Positions 53,663-64,000 are shown, counted from the stretch's first letter. The stretch: DNA of 64,000 nucleotides from an uncultured Actinomycetota bacterium (GCA_963790415.1 CAWBOK010000003.1:799273-863272), one strand, 5' to 3'. Notes: generated by a model not told the origin, from the sequence alone. A program made the numbers and translations.

Positions 53663-54292
53663 ATGTCAGATGAACTCACCCAGGCACTGGCCGACCTCGA
53701 GGAACAGAAGGTGGAATCGCTCGTCGACGAACGTTTGGCGGCGGGCACAGATCCCTCACTGATCCTTGCCGTCTGCCAGGGCGGCATGCGGCAGGTAGGC
53801 GAGCGCTACGAAGCGGGTGAGTATTTCGTCAGCGACCTCATGATGTCCAGCGCCATATTCAAGAAGGTGGTCGCGCGCCTCGAACCCCTCCTCGTGGGCA
53901 CGTCGGCGGTGAGTCGGGGCAGCGTGGTGGTTGGCACCGTCAAAGGCGACATCCACGATATTGGCAAAGACCTGGTGGTCTCGACGCTGCGGGCATCGGG
54001 CTACACCGTGACGGACCTGGGCGTGAACGTGCCGCCGGAACGGCTGGTGGAAGCGCTCGAGGAGACAGGGGCTACGGTGCTGGCTTTGTCCGGTCTTCTC
54101 ACCATCTCTTTCGACCCCATGAAAGAGACCGTCGAAGCGGTGGAGGCGGCCGGTCTGCGGGCTCACGTGAAGATCATGCTCGGCGGCGGCCCGGTGACGG
54201 AACAGGTGCGTGCGCATGCAGGCGCCGACGCGCTGGGCGCCGATCCGCCGAGCGCCGTCAGGCTGGCCGACGAGTGGACGAAGGGGGCGTGA
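53663..54292 (+). CDS. Cobalamin (B12)-binding corrinoid protein (MtbC/MtaC-like, B12-binding_2 + B12-binding domains)
   Basis: GTVKGDIHDIGKDLV (DxHxxG), ...LALSGLLT..., ...IMLGGGPVT. AAGGAG RBS. The track ORF start at 53510 is too early. Confidence 0.8.
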   Translation: MSDELTQALADLEEQKVESLVDERLAAGTDPSLILAVCQGGMRQVGERYEAGEYFVSDLMMSSAIFKKVVARLEPLLVGTSAVSRGSVVVGTVKGDIHDIGKDLVVSTLRASGYTVTDLGVNVPPERLVEALEETGATVLALSGLLTISFDPMKETVEAVEAAGLRAHVKIMLGGGPVTEQVRAHAGADALGADPPSAVRLADEWTKGA

Positions 54293-54595
54293 CTATGGAG
54301 CCCACGCCCAGGTTCGACCTGTAACCCCACCGCGGCGGCATCTGCGTGCCCCGCAGCCGGGTCGCCGCGGAGTTGCGCTCCGGGGGAGCGTCCGGCCTCG
54401 GCATCGCCTGCGACGTGTCCGATCTGACGCAGTGTGAAGCCGCCGCTCGGCCGAGGTTGCAGGATCGTAACCCCGGATACATCCCTGTAGTAGTCTGGCG
54501 AGGCGATAGTGGGCCGTGAGTAGAACGGTCATGGGGCTGCTTGGTCGTCCCAGGACGGACTGCGGACGAGGGAGGAGCCAAGGGATCGAGGACCG

Positions 54596-55300
54596 ATGGA
54601 GACCGACTTCGAGATCCTGATCGTCGAGGATGACCCGGCCATCGCCGAGAGCCTCACCGACGGCCTCGCGCACGAGGGATACCTCGTTCGCTGGGAGTCC
54701 ACCGGGAGAGGCGGCGTCTCGTACGCCCGTCAGCACAGCCCCCGTCTGGTGATCCTCGACGTGCGCCTACCCGACGGCTCGGGCTTCGACTTCTGCCGAG
54801 AGATGCGCCAGTCGGGCCTCCGGCAGCCGATCTTGATGTTGACCGTCCAGACTGACGAGCTGGACAAGGTGCTCGGCCTCGAGATGGGTGCCGACGACTA
54901 CCTGACCAAGCCATACCGTCTCCGGGAACTCTTGGCCCGAATACGAGCCCTGTCCCGACGGGCATACGGCGAACTCTCGAGTGTGGAGGCCGACGTGCTC
55001 TACGTGGGCGATCTTGTGCTCGACCGAGGGCGGGCGCGCGTCACGCGCGGCGAACGGCAGATCAACCTGACACCAACCGAGTTCAGACTGCTGGTCTTCC
55101 TCGCGCAGCATCCAGGTCAGGTGTTCGCGCGTGGTCAGCTCATAGAGAACGTCTGGGGCCGCTCGTCCGACTACTACGACGAGAAGACGGTGAGCGTGTA
55201 CATCCGGCGGCTGCGGGAGAAGATCGAGCTCGACCCGAGCGCGCCGCGGTTGGTGCAGACCGTCCCGGGCATCGGGTACCGTCTTAGCACGGCGCTATGA
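54596..55300 (+). CDS. OmpR-family response regulator
   Basis: ILIVEDDP...LVILDVRLPDGSGF (receiver domain) and a winged-helix C-terminus ...LTPTEFRLLVFLAQHPGQVF...VPGIGYRL. Confidence 0.9.
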   Translation: METDFEILIVEDDPAIAESLTDGLAHEGYLVRWESTGRGGVSYARQHSPRLVILDVRLPDGSGFDFCREMRQSGLRQPILMLTVQTDELDKVLGLEMGADDYLTKPYRLRELLARIRALSRRAYGELSSVEADVLYVGDLVLDRGRARVTRGERQINLTPTEFRLLVFLAQHPGQVFARGQLIENVWGRSSDYYDEKTVSVYIRRLREKIELDPSAPRLVQTVPGIGYRLSTAL

Positions 55301-56866
55301 GCCCCACGCGGGTCAGCGAGAAGCCCCCGGGGTTCCTCAGTGCCGTGAGGCACTGGGCCGACCGGCTCTCGCTCAGGTATCGTCTTCCGTTGAGCTACGC
55401 GGCGGTCACGCTGCTCGCCATGCTTGTCCTGGGCGGCATCTTGATCGTGATACTCGATCACTACTACTCCGATGCCGAGCGCGCGTACCTGGCAGCGAGC
55501 GCCGAGCGCGCCGTGAGGATACTGTCGGCCACCGACTGGCAGACGCTATCGAACAGCGGCACCGCCGAGGAACTGCAGGCCACGAAGGAGCGCACGCAGG
55601 CGCTCGCCCTGCTCCTACAGTTGCGGGTTGAAGTCGTGCGGCCTGACGGCACGGGGCTCATCGACTCAGGCTCGCCCACGAGTATCGATCCATCGACCTG
55701 GAAGCTGGTGGGCCAGCCGGCTGTTCCGGGTGGCGGCGGCCCGGGCGCTATTGGTGGCGGCGGAGTCTCGGTCGGCGACCGAGGGCCGTTCGGGGGGCTC
55801 CCCAGCCCGGTCGGTCCGGGCTTGTTCGCCGGGGAAGAGACAGAGGGCGCCGCGCGTTCGCGCTCCTCTGAGGAGCGCCCGTTGTCGGCCGACGGCAAGG
55901 TGGTCGCGACCGTGCGTTTCTCCGACGGACCTGCCTACGGCGCAACGGTGATCCGCACCACTCTGACGGGCTGGCTCCTGGCAGGCGTCGCGGCCGTACT
56001 TCTGGCAGCAGTATTCGGCTGGTTCGTCAGCCGTCGGATCACCCGGCCCGTGCTGGCGATCACCGCGGCGAGCGACAGCATGGCTGCCGGCGATCTGGCC
56101 GTGCGTACCGAGGTCCACCGTGCCGACGAACTGGGTCGTCTCGCGGAGTCGTTCAACGTGATGGCAGGGCGGGTGCAGCAGAACGTCGCCGCCCTACAGC
56201 GCTTCGTGGCCGATGCCGCCCACGAGTTGGGCACGCCGCTCACCGCGCTCGAAGCCGACCTCGATCTGATCGAAGACCGCAGCGAGAGCGAGGAACAGCG
56301 TCTGCTTGCCAGGCGCGCGCTGGGTCAGGCCGAGCGACTCGGGCACCTGTCGACGAGCCTGCTGCAGCTCTCGCGACTGGATACGGGAGCAACGCCGGCG
56401 CCGCCCCAACGCGTGGATCTGGTCATCCTGGTGCGACGCGCTGCCGACATCGTGGCCTCTGCGGCTGAGCAGGCGGGGATCGACCTCGTTCTTTCGCTGC
56501 CCGAGACCCCAGTATGGGTGCGCGGGTATCCCGAGCGGCTCGCCTCAGCCCTTGGCAACTCTGACCGACAATGCGCTCAAGTTCACACCCTCCGGAGGGT
56601 CCATCGCCATCGGCCTCCTGGTCGGCGACGGTTCCGCACGCGTCTTCGTACGCGACACCGGCATCGGCATCCCTCCGGGCGACGTCGAAGGTCTCTTCGG
56701 TCGCTTCCATCGGGGTCGAAACGCGTCTTCCTACCCTGGGAGCGGGTTGGGGCTTGCCATTGTGAAGGCGACCATGGATCTCCACGGGGGGAAGGTCCAC
56801 GCGGTGAGCTCCCCTGAAGGGTCGCAGTTCGACCTCGTGCTCCCGCTGGTGGTTACAGAACTGTAG
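55297..56866 (+). pseudogene. Sensor histidine kinase (HAMP-HisKA-HATPase_c), one frameshift
   Basis: FVADAAHELGTPLTAL (H-box), then a frame change near 56557-56562 into ...TDNALKFTPSGGSIAIG...VRDTGIGIPP...GSGLGLAIV (track ORF 56306..56866). 4-nt overlap with the response regulator gene. Confidence 0.8.
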
Positions 56867-56935
56867 CCTTCCGTTAACCGCCCGCGCGCCCTGGTTTTGT
56901 ATGCTCCCCGAAGGCAACCTGGGGATGGAGCGGAT

Positions 56936-58573
56936 ATGGCGGTCAAACGGAGCGGCAAAGGCAGATGGGTGCGGACGCTCGTCGTCAGTGGGCTCGTGGT
57001 AGCGCTCGCGGTTGCCGGGGTCTTTGCGTTCCGGGTCTGGCGGGGTGGGGGTGCGTCTCCCGTCACCTACGTGACCAAGCCGGCGGCGAAGACCACGCTC
57101 ATCTCCTCGGTGTCGGGTACTGGAAACGTCACCGCAGGAAGCACGTCTACGGTGATCCCCACCGTCAGCGGCGAAGTGACCGGTCTCTCGGTCGCGCTGG
57201 GCGACACGGTGACCCAGGGACAGGTGCTCTTCGTGCTCGTCAATCCGCAACTGGACCTGGACGTGGCGAGCGCCGAAACGTCGGTCGAACAGGCTGAGGA
57301 CTCGGTCGACAAGGCCGAGCTTTCGGTGGAGCGGGCCGAGCAGAATCTGAGTGACCTAGAAGACCGGCAGGAGTCACAATCGGCCGACCTGCAGATGACT
57401 CCGACGGTGGTGTACGTCTCGTACACCCCCACGACTGAGCCGCACAACCACGACCACACCTCCTACGACTGCCACTCCCACGACGACTCGCCCATGACCA
57501 CGTCCACGACCACGCCCCCGACGACCACGCCCCCGACCACCACTCCCCGACGACCACCCCTCCGCCCACGACGCCTCCCAGCACGACACCCCCCGACGAC
57601 CACGCCCCCGCCCCCGATGCCTCCCACGACAACTCCACCGACGACAGCTCCCCCGGGCGGCGGCGGGACTACTCCCACGACGGCCAAGGAGGTGACCGAC
57701 CTCGACATCGCCGAGGCCGAGCAGCAGGTCGCGAGCGCCAAGGTGCAGGTCACGGTGGCCGAGAACAACCTCGCTTCCGCCGAGTATGCCTTGACCCAGG
57801 CCGAGGCAGAACGCGGCGGCGCGCACGGTCGTGGCGCCGACCGACGGCACGGTCACGGAGCTCAACGTGAGCGACGGCGATCAGGTGGGTAGCAGCGGCA
57901 CGTCGGGTTCCACGACCTCCAACGGACAGACAGGCGGCCGGGCACGGGTGGGGACACCGGCGGCGCGACCTCGTCCGGGTCGAGTACCTCTTCGTCCAAC
58001 AGTTCGACCGCCGCGGTCATCACCAACCTGAGCAGTTTCGAAGTGACGCTGGCCCTGGGAGAGACCGACGTTGTGGCCGTCCAGAAGGACGACAAAGTGA
58101 CTCTTACGTTCGATGCCTTGCCCGACCTGACGCTCGTGGGCAAGGTCGATCGCGTTGCGTCCATCGGCACGGTGAACTCGGGTGTGGTCAGCTATGACGT
58201 GACCGTGGTTCCCGGTGTGGGCAACGAGAATGTGCGCGCAGGCATGACCTCGACCGCCGATATAATCACCGAGTCCAAGGTCGATGCGCTCGCCGTCCCG
58301 AGCAGCGCAGTCAAGACCGATCAGAGTGGCAACACGTACGTGTTGGTGCTCAAGAACGGAGAGCCGGTGTCCCAGACCGTCCAGACGGGCATGACGACCG
58401 ACACCTACATAGAGATCACGGGTGGGCTCGCCGAAGGCCAGGCTGTGGTGACTCAGACGGTCGGTGGAACCACTGCGACGACCGCGCGGGGTGGAGGGGG
58501 CGGCATTCTGGGCGTGGGCGGAGGACCAGGCGGCGGATTCCCCGGGGGCGGATTCCCCGGGGGCGGGGACTGA
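56936..58573 (+). pseudogene. MacA/HlyD-type periplasmic adaptor with inserted Pro/Thr-rich linker and Gly-rich tail; multiple frameshifts
   Basis: Lipoyl-like SGEVTGLSVALGDTVTQGQVLFVL, a coiled coil, then a P/T-rich segment (57420-57660) in which the frame drifts at C-runs. Further frame changes lie near 57812-57822 and 57936-57944. The C-terminal beta-barrel is VTLTFDALPDLTLVGKVDRVASIG..., ending GGGPGGGFPGGGFPGGGD. Confidence 0.7.
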
Positions 58574-58618
58574 GCGTCGTCTGCCGCGCTCGGCGGAGCG
58601 GCGACTGCCGGCGCCCCG

Positions 58619-59340
<722 letters not shown>

Positions 59341-59344
<4 letters not shown>

Positions 59345-60573
59345 AATGGACCGACCTCTTCGAGGAGGCCTACCGGGCGATCTCGGCCAACAAGGTGCGA
59401 TCGGGGTTGACTATGCTGGGCATCGTCATCGGCATCGGTTCGGTGATCGCGTTGATGGCCGTCGGCACGGGCAGCCAACGGTCGATCACTTCTAGCATCG
59501 AATCCACCGGGGCCAACCTGCTGACCGTGATGCCCAGCTTCCAGCGCGGCGGTGGGCCGGTCAGCGCCGGGCGGGGCAGTGCGCAGACACTCACACTCGG
59601 CGACTCTGAAGCCATCGCGCAGCTCGACGGCGTGGCTGCTGTCGCCCCCCAGGTCGGTGGCCGGTACCAGGTGGTCACGGCGGGTAGCAACACCAACACC
59701 CAGATCGTTGCCACCACGCCCAGTTACGCGGGGGTGAACAAGGTCAGCGTGTCCAGCGGGGAGTTCCTCTCCGATGCCCAGGTCACCAAGGCCTCCCGGG
59801 TGGCCGTCCTAGGGCCGACTGTGGCAACCGACCTCTTCGGTGATCCCGCGAACGGGGGCCAGGATCCCATCGGCAAGGCCGTCCGTATCAAGGGGGCGAG
59901 GTTCACGGTCATCGGCGTCACCGCGAGCAAGGGTGGGACCGGGTTCCAGAACCCCGACGACACGATCTACGTGCCGCTGACGACCGGGCAGAGGGTGCTT
60001 GCCGGGCAGACCAAGTACGTCTCGAGCATTGGCGTCGAGGCACAAACGCAGCAGGTCATGACCCAGGTTCAGGACGAAATCACGAGCACATTGCTCGAAC
60101 GTCATGGCATCAGTGACCCCGCACAGGCCGACTTCATGATCTTGAACCAAGCCGATCTGGCGACGGCCCTGACTTCGACCACGCGCACGCTCACCTTGCT
60201 GCTGGCTGCTGTCGCGGGCATCTCGCTGGTGGTGGGTGGCATCGGCATCATGAACATGATGCTCACCAGCGTCACCGAGCGGACCCGTGAGATCGGGCTG
60301 CGTAAGGCGATAGGCGCGACCGGAAGGGACATCAGCCTGCAGTTCCTGATCGAGGCAGTGGCACTGACCTTCCTTAGCGGGGTGATCGGCGTGGCTGTGG
60401 GATGGGCGGTATCCGTGGGACTCACCAGGTTCGCCTCGCTCCAATCGCAGGTCACCTGGTTCTCCGTCGTGCTCGCGTTCGGCGTGTCGGCCGTCATCGG
60501 AGTCGTCTTCGGCTTCTACCCAGCCCAACGGGCCTCGCGTCTGAACCCCATCGAAGCGTTGCGGTACGAGTAA
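59341..60573 (+). CDS. ABC transporter permease (MacB_PCD + FtsX domains)
   Basis: 410 aa with an N-terminal TM, a periplasmic core domain and a C-terminal FtsX 3-TM bundle (...REIGLRKAIGATGRDI...). 4-nt overlap with the ATPase gene. Confidence 0.88.
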
Positions 60574-60599
60574 GAACAAGTGCAAAGGGAGGATCGTTT

Positions 60600-61124
60600 G
60601 TGAAACGTTCATCGACCATCGTGTTGGCAGTGGCCGTGGGTGTTGTCGCCCTGGCCGCGGGGCTGTTCGTCGGTATGAGCTACGGCAAGGGCCACCCGTC
60701 AGTGGAGACGGCCATGAAGACGGTATCCGACCTCACCCCCGAGCAGATGGCGCAGCTGCGAACCTCGGGCGGCGGATTCCCCAGTGGCGGATTCCCCGGT
60801 GGCGGATTCCCCGGTGGGGCCGCGGGCGGTGGCAACGGGAACGCCCGGGGCGGATTCACTGCCGGCAGTATCGTGTCCAATGATGGTTCGACCATCACCA
60901 TCAAGATGAATGACGGCAGCACCAAGTTCGTGCTCTACTCGGGCTCGACCACCATCCGGAAGAGCGCGGAGGGCACCAGTGCGGACCTTGTTGCCGGCGA
61001 GAACGTGGTCGTCACCGGCTCGGCAAACTCCGACGGGAGCATCACGGCCACGCAGATCCAGCTCGGCGCGCTTCCGGGCGGCCCAGGCGGCGGTGGCCAA
61101 GAGACCACCCCGCCCACGACTTGA
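60600..61124 (+). CDS. DUF5666-like secreted/anchored protein with GGFPGG repeats
   Basis: GTG start at 60600, 6 nt after AAGGGAGGA. N-terminal TM, (GGFP[SG]G)x3, then GSIVSNDGSTITIKMNDGSTKFVLYSGSTTIRK...VVVTGSANSDGSITATQIQL. Confidence 0.6.
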   Translation: MKRSSTIVLAVAVGVVALAAGLFVGMSYGKGHPSVETAMKTVSDLTPEQMAQLRTSGGGFPSGGFPGGGFPGGAAGGGNGNARGGFTAGSIVSNDGSTITIKMNDGSTKFVLYSGSTTIRKSAEGTSADLVAGENVVVTGSANSDGSITATQIQLGALPGGPGGGGQETTPPTT

Positions 61125-61143
61125 CCGTCGCCCCCCTCTCCAC

Positions 61144-61170
61144 GGCCAGGCTCCCTCGCGGAGCCTGGCC
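61144..61170. terminator. 11-bp perfect hairpin at a convergent junction
   Basis: GGCCAGGCTCC-CTCGC-GGAGCCTGGCC, 20 nt after the DUF5666 stop. Confidence 0.45.
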
Positions 61171-61282
61171 GGCTCTCGTGGCCGACGAGTGGCCGGAGGC
61201 TGTGCCCAAGTATCTGGCGGCGCCCGGAGGCTGATTGCCGAGCGCGGCGGCCGTCGCTGTGCGGTGCCCCAAAAAGGAGCGC

Positions 61283-61963
61283 CTACTTCACCCGCGTAAC
61301 GAAGTCGCCCAGGGCCAGCCGCTGACGGGGGAACTGGTTGATGGGAGCGTCTGGGTCGGGATACCCGAGGGTGATGGCCGCGATGAACGCCTTGCCCGCA
61401 GCTTCCGGCAGCACTCGGTGCAGCGCGTCCGCGGAGCGCACCGTGGACGTCATGAGGCACGTGCCCAGCCCGCGGTCGTGGGCGGCCAGGGCTATCGTCT
61501 GCCCGAAGAGACCGGCGTCGAAGCAGCCATACGGCGTGGACACGTCCTTGTCCATCACCAGCAGAAGCAGAACCGGCGCGCCGAACAGCCCGGCCATGGC
61601 GACCATGGGGGGAACCGGGGGATCGGCGGGCGCGACGCCCCGCTTCGCTTGTTCCGCCGCCACGAAGGCGACTCTGGCCTGGAACATGGTGGTCATGCGT
61701 GCCTGTATGGCTTCCGGCCACGAGGCCCCGGCGATGTCGGGTGCGGGCGCGGCTTCGCTCTCGGCCTGCTCGCGGAGGGCGGCTTTGACTCTCTCCAGTG
61801 CTTCGCCGGTAACCACCAGCACGTCGGTGCACTGCGTGTTACCTGCCGACGGGGCCCACCGGGCTTCGGTCAGGATCTCGTCGACCACGTCGGCGGCAAC
61901 CGGCATGGGCAGGTATCCGCGGATGCTTCGGCGTTCGCGGATCGCGGTGCTCGTATCTGTCAT
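61283..61963 (-). CDS. Nitroreductase-family protein
   Basis: AIRERRSIRGY...ILTEARWAPSAGNTQ.... I place the start at the ATG at 61963 (MTDTSTAIR...). Confidence 0.8.
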   Translation of the reverse strand: MTDTSTAIRERRSIRGYLPMPVAADVVDEILTEARWAPSAGNTQCTDVLVVTGEALERVKAALREQAESEAAPAPDIAGASWPEAIQARMTTMFQARVAFVAAEQAKRGVAPADPPVPPMVAMAGLFGAPVLLLLVMDKDVSTPYGCFDAGLFGQTIALAAHDRGLGTCLMTSTVRSADALHRVLPEAAGKAFIAAITLGYPDPDAPINQFPRQRLALGDFVTRVK

Positions 61964-62146
61964 CGTGGTACCTCCGTTGCGGGGATCGTCTGGGATGAGA
62001 GAGTCTACGATAGCAGCTGCGAAGCCGTGGCCGCCGAGGAAGGCACTTCCCAAGGCTTCAACGCGCTACGATGTAGTGCAGCTTCTGCTGATCGTCGAAC
62101 AGGAGACCGCGAGACGGGTGCGATCGCGACGAAAGGAGTGTGTCGA

Positions 62147-62287
62147 GTGCGACTGACCGTGAACGGCCGTGCCCACGTGCTGATGGTGGGTGGTCCGAGG
62201 GCCGAAGTGGACGTCACCGTCCGGGCGTTCTGGAGGCCGGGCGACGGTGGCATGCCGAAGCTTCACGTGTTACATTGTCTTACATGA
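62147..62287 (+). CDS. Possible small ORF (46 aa) translationally coupled to the RHH antitoxin gene
   Basis: GTG at 62147, 8 nt after AAAGGAG. The stop TGA overlaps the antitoxin ATG (ATGA). Sequence RLTVNGRAHVLMVGGPRAEVDVTVRAFWRPGDGGMPKLHVLHCLT. No family recognised. It is the same frame as the spurious long ORF 61235..62287. Confidence 0.25.
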   Translation: MRLTVNGRAHVLMVGGPRAEVDVTVRAFWRPGDGGMPKLHVLHCLT

Positions 62288-62502
62288 AGGGCACGTTGAC
62301 CATCCGGCTAGACGAGGAACTCGAGCGCGAATTGGATCGCCTCGCCGCGGAGACGGGCCGCACTCGAAGCGATCTCGCGCGGGATGCCCTTCGTCGACAA
62401 CTCGCCGTGCTTCGCTTCGACCAGCTACGTGACACGGTGCTGCCCTTCGCGGAAGCGCGTGGCCTTCTCACCGATGAGGACGTCTTCTCCCTGATGTCTT
62501 GA
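62284..62502 (+). CDS. Ribbon-helix-helix (CopG-family) antitoxin
   Basis: MKGTLTIRLDEELERELDRLAAETGRTRSDLARDALRRQL. Confidence 0.75.
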   Translation: MKGTLTIRLDEELERELDRLAAETGRTRSDLARDALRRQLAVLRFDQLRDTVLPFAEARGLLTDEDVFSLMS

Positions 62503-62897
62503 GGGTGTTCCTCGACACGAATGTGCTCGTGAGCGCGTTCGCGAGTCGTGGGATCTGCGCCGACCTTCTCCGATACGTTCTTGTCGAGCACGACCTTCTC
62601 GTCGGCGAGGTCGTGCTGGTCGAACTGGAGCGGGTGCTCCTGGGCCGCATCAAGGTCCCGCAGCAGACCGTCCTGGATATCGAGCAATTGCTGCGCGGCC
62701 AGCATCTGGTGCGAAAGCCTCGTCGGCACCTCTCCCTTGGACTGCGGGATGTCGACGACGAGTGGATCGTGGCTTCCGCGGTAACCGGGAAGGCCGATGC
62801 GCTCGTCACCGACGATGCCGACATCCTGGACGAGAAGGACCGGATCCCCGTGCCGGCGTACTCACCTCGGCAGTTCTGGCAACACGCGCGCGGCTGA
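62499..62897 (+). CDS. PIN-domain toxin (PIN_3 / TIGR00305-like)
   Basis: RVFLDTNVLVSAF...VELERV...RDVDDEWIVASAV...LVTDDADIL. The TTG start overlaps the antitoxin stop (TTGA). An alternative GTG lies at 62505. Confidence 0.75.
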   Translation: MRVFLDTNVLVSAFASRGICADLLRYVLVEHDLLVGEVVLVELERVLLGRIKVPQQTVLDIEQLLRGQHLVRKPRRHLSLGLRDVDDEWIVASAVTGKADALVTDDADILDEKDRIPVPAYSPRQFWQHARG

Positions 62898-62987
62898 TCC
62901 CCGCCCCGCGGTCGGCGCGGTCCGCCGGAGTCGCGCGTCTTCCGGCCGCCACGGCCAGGCCGGTGCCGGCGCATTCCGACCGCCGCG

Positions 62988-63998
62988 TCAGGCCAGCAGT
63001 GCCTCGGGCAGGGCGCAGGCATATCCCAGTTCGTCGGCCACCGGCTCGCAGACCACCTCGCCGTCGATGACGTTCAGACCCTTCATCAAGGCCGGATCGG
63101 CCCTCAGGGCGTCGGCGTAGCCGAGGTCGGCCAGCTTCACGGCGTAGGGCAGGGTGGCGTTGGTGAGTGCGAACGTAGAGGTGCGGGCCACCGCGCTCGG
63201 CATGTTGGCCACGCAGTAGTGGATCACTCCGTCCACCACGTAGGTGGGCTCGTCGTGGGTGGTGGCGTGGGTGGTCTCCACGCAGCCGCCCTGGTCGACG
63301 GCCACATCGACGATGACCGAGCCCTCCATCATGTCTGAGAGCATGTCGCGGGTGATCAATCGCGGAGCGCGGGCCCCGGCCACGAGCACACCGCCCACGA
63401 CCAGATCGGCGTCGGCGATCTCCTCGCGGATCGCGAGCTCCGAGCTGGCCACCACGGCGACCCGACCCTGGAAGATGTCGTCGAGCCGGCGCAGCCGCTC
63501 GAGGTTCAAGTCGAGGATGGTGACTCTGGCGCCCAAGCCCGATGCCATCTTGGCGGCGTTCAGCCCCACCACGCCCCCACCGAGGATGACCACCTTGCCG
63601 GCTCGTGCCCCGGGCACCCCGCCGAGCAGCTGACCGCGACCACCCTGGGCCGTTTCCAGGCAATGGGCGCCGACCTGCACCGACAGCCGTCCGGCCACCT
63701 CACTCATGGGGGTGAGCAGCGGCAGCGAACCGTCATCGAGCTGGATGGTCTCGTAGGCTATGCCGACGATCTTGCGTTCGAGCATGGCTTTGGTCAGTTC
63801 GGGAGCCGGAGCGAGGTGCAGATAGGTGTAGAGCACCTGACCTTCGCGCAGAAGCGCATACTCCGCGGGCATAGGTTCCTTGACCTTCATGATCATGTCG
63901 GAGCCCGCGTAGACGGCCTCCGCGTCGGGCACCATGGTCGCCCCGACGGCGACGTATTCGGCGTCGGCGATGCCGCTCCCGAGCCCGGCGCCCTCTTG
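62988..63998 (-). CDS. ald: Alanine dehydrogenase; 5' end runs off the right window edge
   Basis: KVKEP...YTYLHLA...[25 protein letters not shown]...[14 protein letters not shown]...[10 protein letters not shown]...HYCVANMP. The frame stays open upstream of the track start at 63935, up to the window end. Confidence 0.9.
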   Translation of the reverse strand, partial: QEGAGLGSGIADAEYVAVGATMVPDAEAVYAGSDMIMKVKEPMPAEYALLREGQVLYTYLHLAPAPELTKAMLERKIVGIAYETIQLDDGSLPLLTPMSEVAGRLSVQVGAHCLETAQGGRGQLLGGVPGARAGKVVILGGGVVGLNAAKMASGLGARVTILDLNLERLRRLDDIFQGRVAVVASSELAIREEIADADLVVGGVLVAGARAPRLITRDMLSDMMEGSVIVDVAVDQGGCVETTHATTHDEPTYVVDGVIHYCVANMPSAVARTSTFALTNATLPYAVKLADLGYADALRADPALMKGLNVIDGEVVCEPVADELGYACALPEALLA

Positions 63999-64000
63999 AA

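Noticed and set aside
54300-54340. tRNA-like GGTTCGA motif (CCCAGGTTCGACCTG)
   Set aside because: No 7-nt T-loop with a 5-bp T-stem, and no acceptor or anticodon arms can be drawn in the flanks. It is a coincidental match.
57420-57680. Repetitive ACC/CCC-rich DNA, the Gly-rich tails (1503-1600, 35694-35830) and the hexamer repeat at 53513, considered as a CRISPR array or mobile-element repeats
   Set aside because: These are short-period coding low-complexity repeats (P/T or G/S/Y tracts) or a microsatellite. There is no repeat-spacer architecture and there are no cas genes.

Overview
High-G+C bacterial chromosomal segment, Actinomycetota-like by gene content: PASTA Ser/Thr kinase, leaderless-type promoter, GGAGG ribosome-binding sites. 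An anaerobic lifestyle is suggested by anSME, radical SAM, corrinoid protein and nitroreductase genes. I support about 60 protein-coding genes. Up to about 47 kb they are mostly on the minus strand, and after that mostly on the plus strand. Content is housekeeping and envelope or stress functions:
- GT4 glycosyltransferase, which is missing from the supplied ORF track
- RRM RNA-binding protein
- transporters: AI-2E, NhaP-type, SulP, EamA, a heterodimeric ABC exporter, and MacAB-type
- PASTA kinase plus a PASTA-only lipoprotein
- UbiB-family kinase
- sulfatase with its radical-SAM maturase
- glycerol kinase and alanine dehydrogenase
- Ada/Ogt
- two RHH-PIN toxin-antitoxin pairs
- an OmpR/HisKA two-component system
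- an envelope island (HAF-repeat protein, O-antigen-ligase-like protein, SLH lipoprotein)

I found no rRNA, tRNA, CRISPR array, transposase, integrase or phage structural gene.

The most unusual signal is a previously unrecognised (to me) family of nested-palindrome interspersed elements whose founding and minimal copies are CTAG-bounded. It occurs as 165-bp, 75-bp and 21-bp forms, all multiples of three. One copy supplies a gene's stop codon, one sits in-frame inside a gene, and one splits a vapBC operon.

The second major observation is unevenly distributed frameshifts: at least 10 genes are affected, and some carry 3 to 6 frameshifts each. These mean either real pseudogenisation or indel errors in the assembly.

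Many long ORFs in the supplied track are antisense shadows of real genes.
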